Assembly (NCBI GenBank): GCA_903879985.1
Contig: CAIRNR010000007.1
Span: 465,519 to 529,518, forward strand
Source of the DNA: an uncultured candidate division WWE3 bacterium
Lineage (GTDB): Bacteria > Patescibacteriota > WWE3 > UBA101185 > UBA10185
DNA length: 64,000 bases
Reading direction: 5' to 3'
Position 1 is the first letter of the stretch. Each line of letters begins with the position of its first letter. Below are positions 1-9,562 of the stretch, in pieces. The translations under genes were made by a program, and so were the position numbers. The notes under the pieces are model-generated. The model did not search any database. It saw nothing but the letters and a program-made list of their open reading frames with translations, and was not told where the DNA came from.

Positions 1-1422
1 TCAATATCAAATGCAACTTCTACTTGAGGTAATCCACGTGGTGCTGGGGCAATCCCGTCTAAAATAAATCGACCCAATGATTTGTTGTCTCCGGCCATTT
101 CACGTTCACCCTGCAAAACATTAATTTCAACACTGGTTTGGTTGTCGGCAGCTGTTGAAAATACTTGTGATGCGTTTGTTGGAATTGTTGTGTTTCGTTT
201 TATCAATGGTGTTGAAACGCCGCCTAAGGTTTCGATACCTAAGGTTAGTGGTGTTACATCAAGTAACAAAACGTCTTTAACTTCTCCGCCTAAAACTCCA
301 CCTTGAATTGAAGCACCTACTGCAACAACTTCGTCAGGATTAATTCCTTTGTGTGGTTCTTTACCAAAGAATTCTTTAACCAATGTGTTTACTTTTGGAG
401 TTCGTGTCATTCCGCCTACCATAACAACTTCATCAATTTGTTCTTTTGTTAAACCTGCATCTTTTAAGGCGTTTATCATTGGTGTGAGCGTTCTTTGTAA
501 CAAGTCATCAACCAACTGTTCGTATTGCGCACGAGTTAACTTAACGTTCATGTGCTTTGGTCCGGTTTGGTCAGCTGTTATAAATGGAATGTTTATTTCA
601 GTTTCCATTACTGAAGAGAGCTCAATTTTCGCTTTTTCAGCAGCATCTTTTAATCTTTGCAACGCTTGGCGATCATTTAATAAATCAATTCCTGTTTCTT
701 TTTTGAAAGTATCTAAAAGCCAGTTAATGATTTTTCTATCAAAATCGTCTCCACCTAAGTGTGTATCACCGTTTGTAGCCTTAACTTCAAAGACACCGTC
801 GCCGATTTCGAGAACAGAAACGTCAAAAGTTCCGCCGCCTAAATCGTAGACTAATATTTTTTCGTTAGCTTTTTTGTCTAAGCCGTAAGCCAAAGCAGAA
901 GCTGTTGGTTCGTTAATGATTCTTAATACTTTTAAGCCTGCAATTTGACCGGCTTCTTTTGTTGCGGTTCTTTGTGAATCGTTAAAATACGCTGGAACGG
1001 TAATAACGGCTTCAGTTATTGTTTGACCTAAAAACTTTTCAGCGTCAGCTTTAAGTTTAGATAATATTTTGGCTGAAACTTCTTGAGGTGTGTAGATTTT
1101 CCCTTCTACTTCAATAGCTGCAAGTCCGTTTGGGCCTTCCACAATTGCGTAAGGATAGTCTTTTCTAAGTTCTTGTACTTCTGGATCGGTAAACTTTCGC
1201 CCCATTAATCTTTTTACTGAGAATATTGTGTTTTTTGGGTTAACAATTTGTTGTCTTTTTGCAGCAACTCCTACAATATCCTGATTTGGTACAACTATAG
1301 ATGGTGTTGTGTTAGCACCTTCTGCGTTTGGGATAACTTTTGGTTGTCCGCCTTCCATAACAGCCATTGCACTGTTAGTAGTTCCTAAATCTATACCAAT
1401 AATTTTTGACATATGTTTCTTT
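1..1422 (-). CDS. dnaK: Molecular chaperone DnaK (Hsp70), C-terminal part cut by window edge
   Basis: Reverse-strand translation starts [22 protein letters not shown]... and carries Hsp70 signatures ([16 protein letters not shown]). The ATG is at 1420-1422 and the reading frame continues past position 1. Confidence 0.9.
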
Positions 1423-1482
1423 CTTTATGGCGAAAATTACATGCGACCTTGCATATAATTTTTGACATACTTTTGAAGCCTC

Positions 1483-1962
1483 CTACGCTTCCTTTGCGGT
1501 TTCATCAGCTGGCTGATTTGTACCGCCGCCGACTTTAACTCTAGCCGGTCTTAATAATTTATTTTGTAACAAATACCCGGTTAATACCGTTTCTATTACC
1601 TTATTCTTTTCACCTTCAACAACATCGACGGCCTCCATAACCACAGGATCAAACTCTTCACCGTCGCTTAAAATCTCTTCAATACCTTCGTTTTTTAAAA
1701 CCTGCTTAAAATCTTTAATTGTTAAATCCATGCCTGGATCCTTAATATGTGTACTGGCTTTTTGTAAATTATCCAGCACAGGTAGCAAGCTTCTAAGCAA
1801 AGACTCGTTGGCAAAAGTTCGCCAACCTAATTTTTCTTCTTCTACACGTTTTTGTAGATTTCTATAATCGGCGACTGCGTGCTTCCAAAAGTTTTCGAGT
1901 TCAACAATGCGCGTTTCTAATTCTTCAGTTTTTGAATCTGTTTTGTTATCGTTATTGTCCAT
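1483..1962 (-). CDS. grpE: Nucleotide exchange factor GrpE
   Basis: 159 aa with a coiled-coil N-terminus and a GrpE-like C-terminus, sitting between hrcA and dnaK in the classic hrcA-grpE-dnaK order. Confidence 0.8.
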   Translation of the reverse strand: MDNNDNKTDSKTEELETRIVELENFWKHAVADYRNLQKRVEEEKLGWRTFANESLLRSLLPVLDNLQKASTHIKDPGMDLTIKDFKQVLKNEGIEEILSDGEEFDPVVMEAVDVVEGEKNKVIETVLTGYLLQNKLLRPARVKVGGGTNQPADETAKEA

Positions 1963-1999
1963 TTTTAATTTATGTTTGGCTTGAAATTTTTACTAAGAT

Positions 2000-2722
2000 T
2001 TACCAAGAACCGCCAAGCTCTTCCACTAAGTTCTTTGTGTATCTTAAGACAGGTATTGTGGTGGAGTAGTCTAAGCGAGATGGGCCTAGGACTGCAATAT
2101 TTCCACTTCTTTTGCCTGTATTGTAAGGTGCGAAAATAACGGTGCATTGCTTTAGTTTATCCACACCTATTTCTTCTTCTATTAAGCAGCGAATATCTCC
2201 ACCCATTGGTGCATTTTGAAATACTTTGTCTAACAGTTCGTAGTTGTCTAGTAAAATCAATGCGGCTTTTGCAACGTCAATATCCCAGAACTCTTTATGA
2301 TCTAAAACATTTACGGCTCCTGCATAAGTTATATGACCTTCGTTTGTTGTGATTATGGCCAATAACTTTGTTTGTTCAGCTAAGGCAAGTGCGGCTTCGT
2401 GTAAAAGCTTTTCAAACTGAAATCTGTTTGTCCAAAGACGTTGTTTTAAAGCGACTTCCTGCAAAACAGGAACCTCTGCTTCATGCATGATTTCTTCTAG
2501 GTAAAGTCTATATGCTTGGCGGGTAGGTACGCGGCCTGATGATGTATGGAGCATTTCCAAAAAGCCAAGATCAATAAGTTTAGCCATTTCATTTCTAACA
2601 GTTGCAGCTGAGCATCTTAAATTGTATTTGGTGACTATTTCTATCGAACCAACCGGCTCGGCGCTTTGAATATATTCATTAATAATTGCCTGTAGCAACT
2701 GTGTTTGTCTGTCGCTTAGCAT
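2000..2722 (-). CDS. hrcA: Heat-inducible transcription repressor HrcA (short form, 240 aa)
   Basis: An N-terminal wHTH (LSDRQTQLLQAIINEYIQSAEPVGS) and its position upstream of grpE-dnaK support the call. Confidence 0.8.
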   Translation of the reverse strand: MLSDRQTQLLQAIINEYIQSAEPVGSIEIVTKYNLRCSAATVRNEMAKLIDLGFLEMLHTSSGRVPTRQAYRLYLEEIMHEAEVPVLQEVALKQRLWTNRFQFEKLLHEAALALAEQTKLLAIITTNEGHITYAGAVNVLDHKEFWDIDVAKAALILLDNYELLDKVFQNAPMGGDIRCLIEEEIGVDKLKQCTVIFAPYNTGKRSGNIAVLGPSRLDYSTTIPVLRYTKNLVEELGGSW

Positions 2723-2775
2723 ACTTGTCAGAATGATACCACGAGTGCTAAGTGTGTCAAGATATTTTTTTTAGA
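2723..2775 (-). promoter_or_regulatory. hrcA promoter with a CIRCE half-site (TTAGCACTC) between -35 and -10
   Basis: The minus strand reads TTGACAcacTTAGCACTCgtggTATCATtctgacaagtATG: a -35 TTGACA, an extended -10 TGgTATCAT, and a perfect left CIRCE arm. The right arm GAGTGCTAA is not present at the N9 spacing. Confidence 0.35.
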
Positions 2776-2852
2776 TTTTTGATAATTTATTTGACCAAGG
2801 TTATATAATGATGTGAATTCTGTTAATCAAATGAGAGAGAGGAGAAAATAAA

Positions 2853-3215
2853 ATGCCTGTTAAACACGTAACTGCAATACAGTACGTTGTTCCACCCGAT
2901 GAGTGTGTGTCAGATGATGTTGGAACGATGTCGATTCTTGTGCTGGTGATGGTTATTTCCCAGGCGCTTGTTTGCTTGGCCATTGGAATTGTCTGTGCCT
3001 TGTACTTTGGTAAGCACTACTCTTCCTATATTCTTTTACCGATCGGTATTTTCGGGCTGATATTCTTTGTCTTCAACACTGTGTGTCTGATCCGCATGCC
3101 CATCAAAGGTTTTGGCAAATGGATTTTCAACAATGAGATCTGGCTAGGTCCTTCCAGCTTTTTGTTGATTGTATTCTCGTTGGCCAGCGTTATTTTCAGG
3201 CATATTGGTTGGTGA
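2853..3215 (+). CDS. Small polytopic membrane protein (hypothetical), divergent from hrcA
   Basis: 120 aa with a strong SD (gagaGGAGaaaataaaATG), three hydrophobic helices, and a terminator right downstream. Confidence 0.5.
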   Translation: MPVKHVTAIQYVVPPDECVSDDVGTMSILVLVMVISQALVCLAIGIVCALYFGKHYSSYILLPIGIFGLIFFVFNTVCLIRMPIKGFGKWIFNNEIWLGPSSFLLIVFSLASVIFRHIGW

Positions 3216-3237
3216 TTTGTGTTTGTTTTTAGGTAAT

Positions 3238-3280
3238 ACCCTTCTACGGATATAAAAATTTGTAGGAGGGTTATTTTTTT
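3238..3280 (+). terminator. Intrinsic terminator
   Basis: cccttctac-(loop)-gtaggaggg stem followed by ttattttttt. Confidence 0.4.
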
Positions 3281-3312
3281 GCGTAATGTTGCGGTGCTGT
3301 GCCGGCGTATGG

Positions 3313-5124
3313 CTAACTTCCCAAAATTTGTCTAAAAGCTTCCTGTGGAATTTCTACTTTTCCAATACGTTTCATGCGTTCTTTACCTTTTTTCTGTTCG
3401 CCTAAGAGTTTATCTTTACGTTCACGATGTCCCCCTGACATTTTAGCCAAAACATCTTTACGTAATGCCGAAATATCTTCGCGGGCAACAATCTTTCCTC
3501 CAATGGCGGCTTGTAATGAAACCTGAAACTGTTGGCGTGGAATTACATCTTTGAGTTTTTTCAACAAAGCTTTTCCGATTTCAAAAGATTTACTCTTAAT
3601 AACAATGTGTGACAAAGGATCCACGATTTCGTTGTGAACCAGAATATCTAACTTAACTGCGTCAACTTCGCGATAATCCAAAAAGTCGTAATCTAAACTG
3701 GCAAACCCCGACGAGATTCTTTTTAAATCATCAAAAAAGTTATAAACCAATTCGGCTAAAGGCATTTCGTATTCAAACGCAATCGACTTTTCATTTGGAT
3801 ATTCCATTTTTCTTTGGATTCCTCGACGTTCTTCGCAAAGGCTAATAATTTCACCAACGTATTCGGAAGGCGAAATAATGTTCATTAATATTCTTGGCTC
3901 AAGTATTTCTTCTATTCTTGAACGGTCCGGAAGATTTGATGGCGTTCGTACGTAAAGCATTTCGCCTGATGTTAATAACACGTGATATTCAACAGTTGGC
4001 GTTGTGGAAATTAATTCCAAGTTATATTCGCGCTCCAATCTTTCTTGAATGATGTCAGCGTGAAGTAGTCCTAAGAATCCGCATCTAAACCCAAATCCTA
4101 AAGCTGTGTTTGTTTCAGGTTCAAAAGATAAAGATGAATCCGAAAGTGAAAGCTTTTGCAAAGCTTCTCTTAGCTGTGGAAATTTACTGTTGTCGATTGG
4201 GTAAATAGAAACAAAAACAAAAGGTTTAACTTCTTTATATCCTGGTAATTGTTCACATACTTCGCCGTCGATACAAACTGTATCACCAACTTTTACGGCA
4301 CTTATGCTTTTTAAACCTGTGGCAATGTAACCAACTTCACCTGTTTTAAGTTCGGTAACTTTTTGTCGCTGGGGTTTTAGTACACCAATTTCTTCCGGTG
4401 ATGCTGTTTCGTGTGTGGCCATAAACAATACTTTTTTGCGTTGCATAAACGCCTTTTGGGTAAATGTTCCGTCGACTATTTTTATAACGGCTACAACGCC
4501 GAGGTATTCGTCAAAAAAGGAATCAAAAATTAAACCTCGCGTTATGGCTTGGCTGTCGCCACGTGGTGCTGGTACTTTTTTAATTATTTCTTCTAATAGT
4601 GCTTCAACGCCTTCGCCTGTTTTTGCTGATACCGAAAGAATTTCATCGGCCGAAAAACCAAAGGTTGTTATCATGTCTAGCTTTACGCGAGCAACATCGG
4701 CTGCAGGTAAATCCACTTTATTGATTACTGGAATGATTGTTAGGTTTGCGTCCAAGGCTTTGTAAACGTTTGAAACAGTTTGTGCTTGAATTCCTTGTGT
4801 CGCGTCGACAACTAGAACAGCGCCTTCGCACGCGGCCAGTGATCGTGATACTTCGTAAGAAAAATCTACATGGCCCGGTGTATCAATTAGGTTTAGTTGA
4901 TATCCTTTGTATTCCATACGCACAGCCTTTAGTTTGATTGTTATGCCTTTTTCACGTTCAAGTTCCATTGAATCCAACGTTTGTTCTTGCATGTGACGTT
5001 TGTCTATTGTGCCGGTCATTTCCAGAAAACGGTCAGCTAAAGTTGATTTACCGTGGTCGATGTGTGCGATTATGCAGAAATCGCGTATATTCTCTTGTTT
5101 AGTGTTAAACGTTTCTTGCGTCAT
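3313..5124 (-). CDS. lepA: Elongation factor 4 (LepA)
   Basis: 603 aa with G-domain motifs AHIDHGKST, DTPGH and NKVD, and a LepA-specific C-terminus. Confidence 0.95.
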   Translation of the reverse strand: MTQETFNTKQENIRDFCIIAHIDHGKSTLADRFLEMTGTIDKRHMQEQTLDSMELEREKGITIKLKAVRMEYKGYQLNLIDTPGHVDFSYEVSRSLAACEGAVLVVDATQGIQAQTVSNVYKALDANLTIIPVINKVDLPAADVARVKLDMITTFGFSADEILSVSAKTGEGVEALLEEIIKKVPAPRGDSQAITRGLIFDSFFDEYLGVVAVIKIVDGTFTQKAFMQRKKVLFMATHETASPEEIGVLKPQRQKVTELKTGEVGYIATGLKSISAVKVGDTVCIDGEVCEQLPGYKEVKPFVFVSIYPIDNSKFPQLREALQKLSLSDSSLSFEPETNTALGFGFRCGFLGLLHADIIQERLEREYNLELISTTPTVEYHVLLTSGEMLYVRTPSNLPDRSRIEEILEPRILMNIISPSEYVGEIISLCEERRGIQRKMEYPNEKSIAFEYEMPLAELVYNFFDDLKRISSGFASLDYDFLDYREVDAVKLDILVHNEIVDPLSHIVIKSKSFEIGKALLKKLKDVIPRQQFQVSLQAAIGGKIVAREDISALRKDVLAKMSGGHRERKDKLLGEQKKGKERMKRIGKVEIPQEAFRQILGS

Positions 5125-5171
5125 TTGGTGATATTACCATGATATTACACACTTTTGAAAAAAAAATAGGG

Positions 5172-5215
5172 ACCGTTAGACTTAATGTTTTGTCTAGCGA
5201 TCCCGTTGCTTTGTT
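5172..5215 (-). terminator. Intrinsic terminator after receiver-like gene
   Basis: On the minus strand a hairpin gggatcgctagac...gtctaacggtccc is followed by tattttttttt. Confidence 0.4.
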
Positions 5216-5217
5216 TG

Positions 5218-5601
5218 TTACTTTGGTTCCAATCCCAGGGAACTTAAAATGCTGCGGAGTTGCGCGCCCGTTAAGTTCTCGGTGGATTTTTTCCAGATAA
5301 AGGCAGCAGCTCCGGCTTGCAAAAATTTATTGTGTTGGGTTTCTACGGCGGAGATTCCTACAACCTTAATATCCGGCCATTCTTTTTTAATCGCCAAGGT
5401 GCAGGGAGGCCCATGCCAGGTATCTGTGTCGCAAAGAAGTGCAAGGTCCACTCGCGCTCCACATCTGAGATCTGCCAGCAGTTCTCTTTCATAGTCATAC
5501 GTAAAGAACGTAAGCGCCCCATCCGGCAAAGCTTTTTTAAGTGCGTCAATTATTTGCTCTTGTTCATTAAGAGCTTGTACAACAATTCCTATTACTATCA
5601 T
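5218..5601 (-). CDS. Stand-alone CheY-like receiver-domain protein with a degenerate acidic pocket
   Basis: 127 aa that aligns to CheY: a D57 equivalent in LLCDTD, T87 as S in VVGISA, K109 in FIWKK, and QAGAAAFIWK matching QAGASGYVVK. The N-terminal DD pair is replaced by GIVVQA. SD is AAGGAG, 7 nt upstream. Confidence 0.55.
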   Translation of the reverse strand: MIVIGIVVQALNEQEQIIDALKKALPDGALTFFTYDYERELLADLRCGARVDLALLCDTDTWHGPPCTLAIKKEWPDIKVVGISAVETQHNKFLQAGAAAFIWKKSTENLTGAQLRSILSSLGLEPK

Positions 5602-5663
5602 CTCTTGCTCCTTTTCTGTTGATATTATTGCTATTGTTTGGGATTTTACGCTATAGGACCATG

Positions 5664-7319
5664 TTATTCAACTTCTTCAACGGTAGCAACACTAACGCTC
5701 GCGATTTTCGTTTTAAATGGATTGAACTTGGTAACGAATCGATAAAACAATCTAATTTCATAAACATTTAAAAGCTTAGTAAATATAATATATGTGCTCA
5801 TACCGCAGATTCCAGCTATTCCTGTTAAAACTAACAAGTTAAGCGTTCTTGTAGTATCAAACACAATGTTATCCAAAAGTTTGATTGGGAAGTATAAGGT
5901 TACTCCCATCAATAATGTTGAATACGCAATTTTTATAAAAGGTACCAATAATTTTTTAGCATTAAATCCGCCTACTTTATTTCCTAGCAAATACATTTGA
6001 ACGACCATATCGATAATTGATGTTAATGAATAAGAAAAGGCTATAGACCAAACTTCTAGTTTGAAACCCAAAATGAAGATTAATGAAATCACCACGTTAA
6101 TGATTGCCGTAAAGATGCTGACTAAAACCGGAGTTTTGGTGTCTTTTAAAGCATAAAACGCGCGTGTAATTAAAAGGTTGGCACTTTGAGAAAATATGGA
6201 AATACTAAAAAAGGCCAATGCGTAAGATGTTTTTAAAGTAGCTTCCCAAGGAAAATTTGAAACACCGTATACAAGTCTTACCACCGGAATACGTAGAATT
6301 AACAAGATCATACCTAAAGGCATAACCAAAAACATCATTTGATGCAAGGAAGTTAAAAATGTTTCTTTAAACTTTTCGGAATTTTCCTTGTCACTTAGTG
6401 CAGCAAGTGTAGGTAAACTTGCGGAAGCAATTGAAATACCAAATAAATTAACCGGAAATGATTCAAGCTGTGTGGCGAACTTTAAAAATATTACGGAAGG
6501 AGCCGAAACTATAATAGCCAAACTGTTATTTATTGTATCTACGGTATTTGCTAAGAAAACGTTGAGTATTCTTGGAGGAATTAGTGTGGCCACATTTCGT
6601 ACGCCTTTGTCTTTTAAGTTAAGGTTTGGCCAGAACTTAAATCCTGTTTTTGGTAAGGCCGGTAACTGAATGCAAAAGTGTAATATTGCGCCAATCACCA
6701 CACCGTATGCCGGTCCGTAAATACCAAAAATTGGTGATAGCACGACAATTCCGATAATCATTCCTACGTTGTACAAAAGTGGCGCGAGCGCTGGAAGCAA
6801 GAATATTTTAAAACTTTGCAAAATACTGGTAACTAAACTACCTGCTACCAATATTAATTGAGCTGCTAACATTATTCGCATCAAGTTTGATCCTAAGTTT
6901 ATTTCAGCCTCGGTAAACTTTCCAACAGACAACATACGGATAATCCAGGGTGAAATGGCAAATACCACACTGCCTAAGATCAAAAAGAACGTAAGTGTTG
7001 CTGTCATAATAGAGGATGCCGTTTTAAAAGCCTCATCTTTGTTGTGTTTTAAAATACTGGCAAATACAGGTATAAATACTGTGGAAATAGCGCCAACTAC
7101 GAGTACTGAGTAGATTAAGTAAGGAATTCGATCGGCTGTGTAGAATATTGCTAGATCGTTAGATACGCCAAAATACTGGGCCAAAAAACGGCCTTTTAAA
7201 AAGCCTAAACCGGCATTTAATCCCGCCGTTACAGCAAGAATAAAAGCAGCAGATAGTATAGTATTTTGAGTATTAAGTAAGAAGCTTCCGATTTTTAGAT
7301 TTTTGATATCAAACTTCAT
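5664..7319 (-). CDS. murJ: Lipid II flippase MurJ/MviN
   Basis: 551 aa with about 14 TM helices and a MurJ-type N-terminus. Confidence 0.85.
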   Translation of the reverse strand: MKFDIKNLKIGSFLLNTQNTILSAAFILAVTAGLNAGLGFLKGRFLAQYFGVSNDLAIFYTADRIPYLIYSVLVVGAISTVFIPVFASILKHNKDEAFKTASSIMTATLTFFLILGSVVFAISPWIIRMLSVGKFTEAEINLGSNLMRIMLAAQLILVAGSLVTSILQSFKIFLLPALAPLLYNVGMIIGIVVLSPIFGIYGPAYGVVIGAILHFCIQLPALPKTGFKFWPNLNLKDKGVRNVATLIPPRILNVFLANTVDTINNSLAIIVSAPSVIFLKFATQLESFPVNLFGISIASASLPTLAALSDKENSEKFKETFLTSLHQMMFLVMPLGMILLILRIPVVRLVYGVSNFPWEATLKTSYALAFFSISIFSQSANLLITRAFYALKDTKTPVLVSIFTAIINVVISLIFILGFKLEVWSIAFSYSLTSIIDMVVQMYLLGNKVGGFNAKKLLVPFIKIAYSTLLMGVTLYFPIKLLDNIVFDTTRTLNLLVLTGIAGICGMSTYIIFTKLLNVYEIRLFYRFVTKFNPFKTKIASVSVATVEEVE

Positions 7320-7382
7320 GTATATCTTTTATGACAGAATTAGTTGAATTTGTCTGTAAGTATGTTATCATACAAAGCGCTT

Positions 7383-7682
7383 ATGCCAAACAGAAGATCT
7401 ACAAAAAAATCATTAAGAAGTGCCGCACGAAAGCAATTGCACAATTTGTCTTGGAAACGTCGCTACAAGAGTGCCGTAAAAGACTTAAAAGAAACACTTG
7501 CTCTTAAAGATGCCACTCCAGTTGTATTAAACGAAAAGCTTACTTTAGTTCAAAAATTAGTGGATAAAGCAGTTAAAGAAAAAGTCATTCATAAAAACAA
7601 AGCAAATAGAGTAAAATCTACATATGCTAAAAAGATTACTGCTCAATCTAAGAAGCCTACTAAAGCTAAAGCTACCGCTTAA
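7383..7682 (+). CDS. rpsT: 30S ribosomal protein bS20
   Basis: MPNRRSTKKSLRSAARKQ... with VIHKNKANRVKSTYAKKI matching the S20 LVHKNAASRYKS motif. Start is at the internal Met, preceded by a TGtTATCAT -10 (leaderless-type). Confidence 0.85.
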   Translation: MPNRRSTKKSLRSAARKQLHNLSWKRRYKSAVKDLKETLALKDATPVVLNEKLTLVQKLVDKAVKEKVIHKNKANRVKSTYAKKITAQSKKPTKAKATA

Positions 7683-8250
7683 CACTGAACCCACCGCGGA
7701 CTCCGTACCCTTTGGCGTTAGTTCCGATATTTCATCCAACCTTTTACCTGATGCTGCAAATGTCTCTTTATCAGAGCAAGGTCGAACTAAAAACGTTAAA
7801 ATCTTCCAAACTGTTGTTATAGTTTTGTGCAGTATTTTCACTTTTTTACTTGCAATTAACTTTGGGCTTGATTTGGCGCTATCTTCTTTACAGGGCAGAC
7901 AAAATTACCTGGTAGCCACTTATGAACCTCTTATTCCTACAAAGCAAAATCTCCTAGATATACAAAACCGCACATCTTTTTATAAAGGCATTATTTTAAA
8001 ACGAAGTGCTTTGGCCGATAAAGTTACATGTGTAACCTCGGTAATTCCCCAAGAGCTAACGGTAAAATCTTACGACGTAAAAACTGCAGGATTTTCTATT
8101 GTCCTTGATGGAGAAAAAACTATTTATTTCACTAAATTATTGCTGGGATATTTAAATAATACACAGATTAGTGCTGTTACTTTGCAAAGTGCCGTTTACG
8201 ATACCTCTACAAGTACATTTAGAGTTACTGTTGGAGGGACTTTTAAATGA
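7624..8250 (+). CDS. Bitopic membrane protein, PilN-like (pilus alignment-subcomplex-like), hypothetical
   Basis: 208 aa: a short N-terminus, one TM (VVIVLCSIFTFLLAINFGL), then an extracytoplasmic domain. The stop overlaps the next start (ATGA). The 5' end overlaps the rpsT 3' end by 59 nt; there is no in-frame ATG/GTG/TTG between the rpsT stop and the TM segment, so either ATG 7624 is used (overlapping rpsT) or a rare initiation codon is. Confidence 0.4.
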   Translation: MLKRLLLNLRSLLKLKLPLNTEPTADSVPFGVSSDISSNLLPDAANVSLSEQGRTKNVKIFQTVVIVLCSIFTFLLAINFGLDLALSSLQGRQNYLVATYEPLIPTKQNLLDIQNRTSFYKGIILKRSALADKVTCVTSVIPQELTVKSYDVKTAGFSIVLDGEKTIYFTKLLLGYLNNTQISAVTLQSAVYDTSTSTFRVTVGGTFK

Positions 8251-8804
8251 TGACTCAGCTAAATAAGATTTTTAATAATAGCGTCCTTGTAGAACAAATT
8301 AATTTAGTTTTTATGCTTTGTACTTTTGTACTCCTTGGCGTATTTGGAATATGGGGAATATTTCCTATCTTGATAAATAAGGTAGTGCTTATTAGAGATA
8401 TGACGCAAAACAATAATTTGGTTGAAGCTAATGTGGCTACATTAACAGCTGCAAAAACCACGATAGATGCAAATACTGATCTAATAAACAATTTGTATCA
8501 ATCAGCGTCAAATGATTTAAATACACAGAATTATTTGGTGGATTTTTTTGACGTTGCTTCTAAATCCGGTTTTAAAGTAACTAAATTTGTTACCGTGCCT
8601 GTTGAAAACTCCGGCAGTGTTGAAATAAATGCGGAAACCGTTGGAGATGGTGATATTGGCGGATTTATACAACGCTTGGAAAAGTTAACTAGAATTACTT
8701 ATGTAGAGGCTGTTACTTTTTCAAACGATATAAACAATAAACACATAACAACTAAAGTTCGTATATTTAATTATTCAGAAACTCCTGGAGTGGTAACACA
8801 ATGA
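8247..8804 (+). CDS. Bitopic membrane protein, PilO-like, hypothetical
   Basis: 185 aa with an N-terminal TM, a coiled-coil segment and a C-terminal globular domain. It is translationally coupled on both sides. Confidence 0.4.
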   Translation: MMTQLNKIFNNSVLVEQINLVFMLCTFVLLGVFGIWGIFPILINKVVLIRDMTQNNNLVEANVATLTAAKTTIDANTDLINNLYQSASNDLNTQNYLVDFFDVASKSGFKVTKFVTVPVENSGSVEINAETVGDGDIGGFIQRLEKLTRITYVEAVTFSNDINNKHITTKVRIFNYSETPGVVTQ

Positions 8805-8989
8805 AACGATTATTTGTATTAATTGGCGTAGTTGCTTTTGTTTGCTTGCTTTGGGTAATGTCTGGTTTTTGGCGTTTTGACAAGAAAAATTATTTAAATA
8901 ATAAAGTACTTGACATGGCTAGTCCTATAAATGGTAGTATTGACACAGAGTTATTTAAAAGTTTAGTTCCTGCCTATGAACAACAGTAA
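8801..8989 (+). CDS. Small membrane protein (62 aa)
   Basis: N-terminal TM helix; ATGA overlap with the upstream gene and a 14-nt overlap with the downstream gene. Confidence 0.35.
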   Translation: MKRLFVLIGVVAFVCLLWVMSGFWRFDKKNYLNNKVLDMASPINGSIDTELFKSLVPAYEQQ

Positions 8990-9506
8990 TGTAGCAAAAA
9001 ATGGTTTTAAAACCTTCATACTCACTCTCTCGGTATCGTTAATCGTGTTTAGTACGATATATTACATCGTTACTTCCCGCGGAGGATCCGATAAGTTTGA
9101 GGCTTCCACTTCTCAAGTTTCATATGCCGCTCCAGAAGTAACACCAAGTATTGCTCCAACAACCGAACCAGTAGCCGATGCAACCAAAGCAGCCGTTAAA
9201 GGTGCTTCAACAGTTGCCGCAGCTGTTACGCCAACACCAGCTCCAACTGCTTCTACATTTGGTCAATTAGCAGATGCAAAAGTTGTAGCCAAACCTCAAA
9301 TCGCTAAAGGTACTGTTTTAGCCGGTGCCACAGTAAATACCAAACAGACAACTCAAAGTACCAGTCCAAATACTGGTGTTGTTGAAATTACAGCAGGATT
9401 ATTTATATCTCTTGCCTTGTTCTTAGTTGGATTCTACGTAGTATTCTTGAATCCACGAAAAATGGCTTTGATGGATTTCGAAAAATCCGTTATCAAGAAG
9501 CTTTAA
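8976..9506 (+). CDS. A/T/P-rich surface protein with pilin-like N-terminal helix and C-terminal sorting-signal-like tail
   Basis: 176 aa. N-terminus reads KNGFKTFILTLSVSLIVFSTIYY, followed by a low-complexity Ala/Thr/Pro/Val region. The C-terminus reads SPNTG-VVEITAGLFISLALFLVGFYVVFL-NPRK (motif, hydrophobic stretch, basic tail). Confidence 0.5.
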   Translation: MNNSNVAKNGFKTFILTLSVSLIVFSTIYYIVTSRGGSDKFEASTSQVSYAAPEVTPSIAPTTEPVADATKAAVKGASTVAAAVTPTPAPTASTFGQLADAKVVAKPQIAKGTVLAGATVNTKQTTQSTSPNTGVVEITAGLFISLALFLVGFYVVFLNPRKMALMDFEKSVIKKL

Positions 9507-9562
9507 GATTCTAATCTCCACCAATATCTCAGCGTCGTCTCTATTTAGTTTATTCCGTTGTA

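Noticed and set aside
2715-2750. Complete CIRCE operator
   Set aside because: Only the left arm TTAGCACTC is intact. The sequence 9 nt downstream (ttctgacaa) does not match GAGTGCTAA.
4415-4765. ORF-track entries lying antisense to or inside well-supported genes (for example 4415-4765, 5249-5494, 8255-8491, 15482-15940, 21194-21583, 32630-32902, 39650-40015, 60086-60544)
   Set aside because: These are shadow ORFs within lepA, the receiver gene, pilO-like, gap, pyrG, metG and others. They have no SD or promoter, biased composition, and their host genes have clear family signatures.
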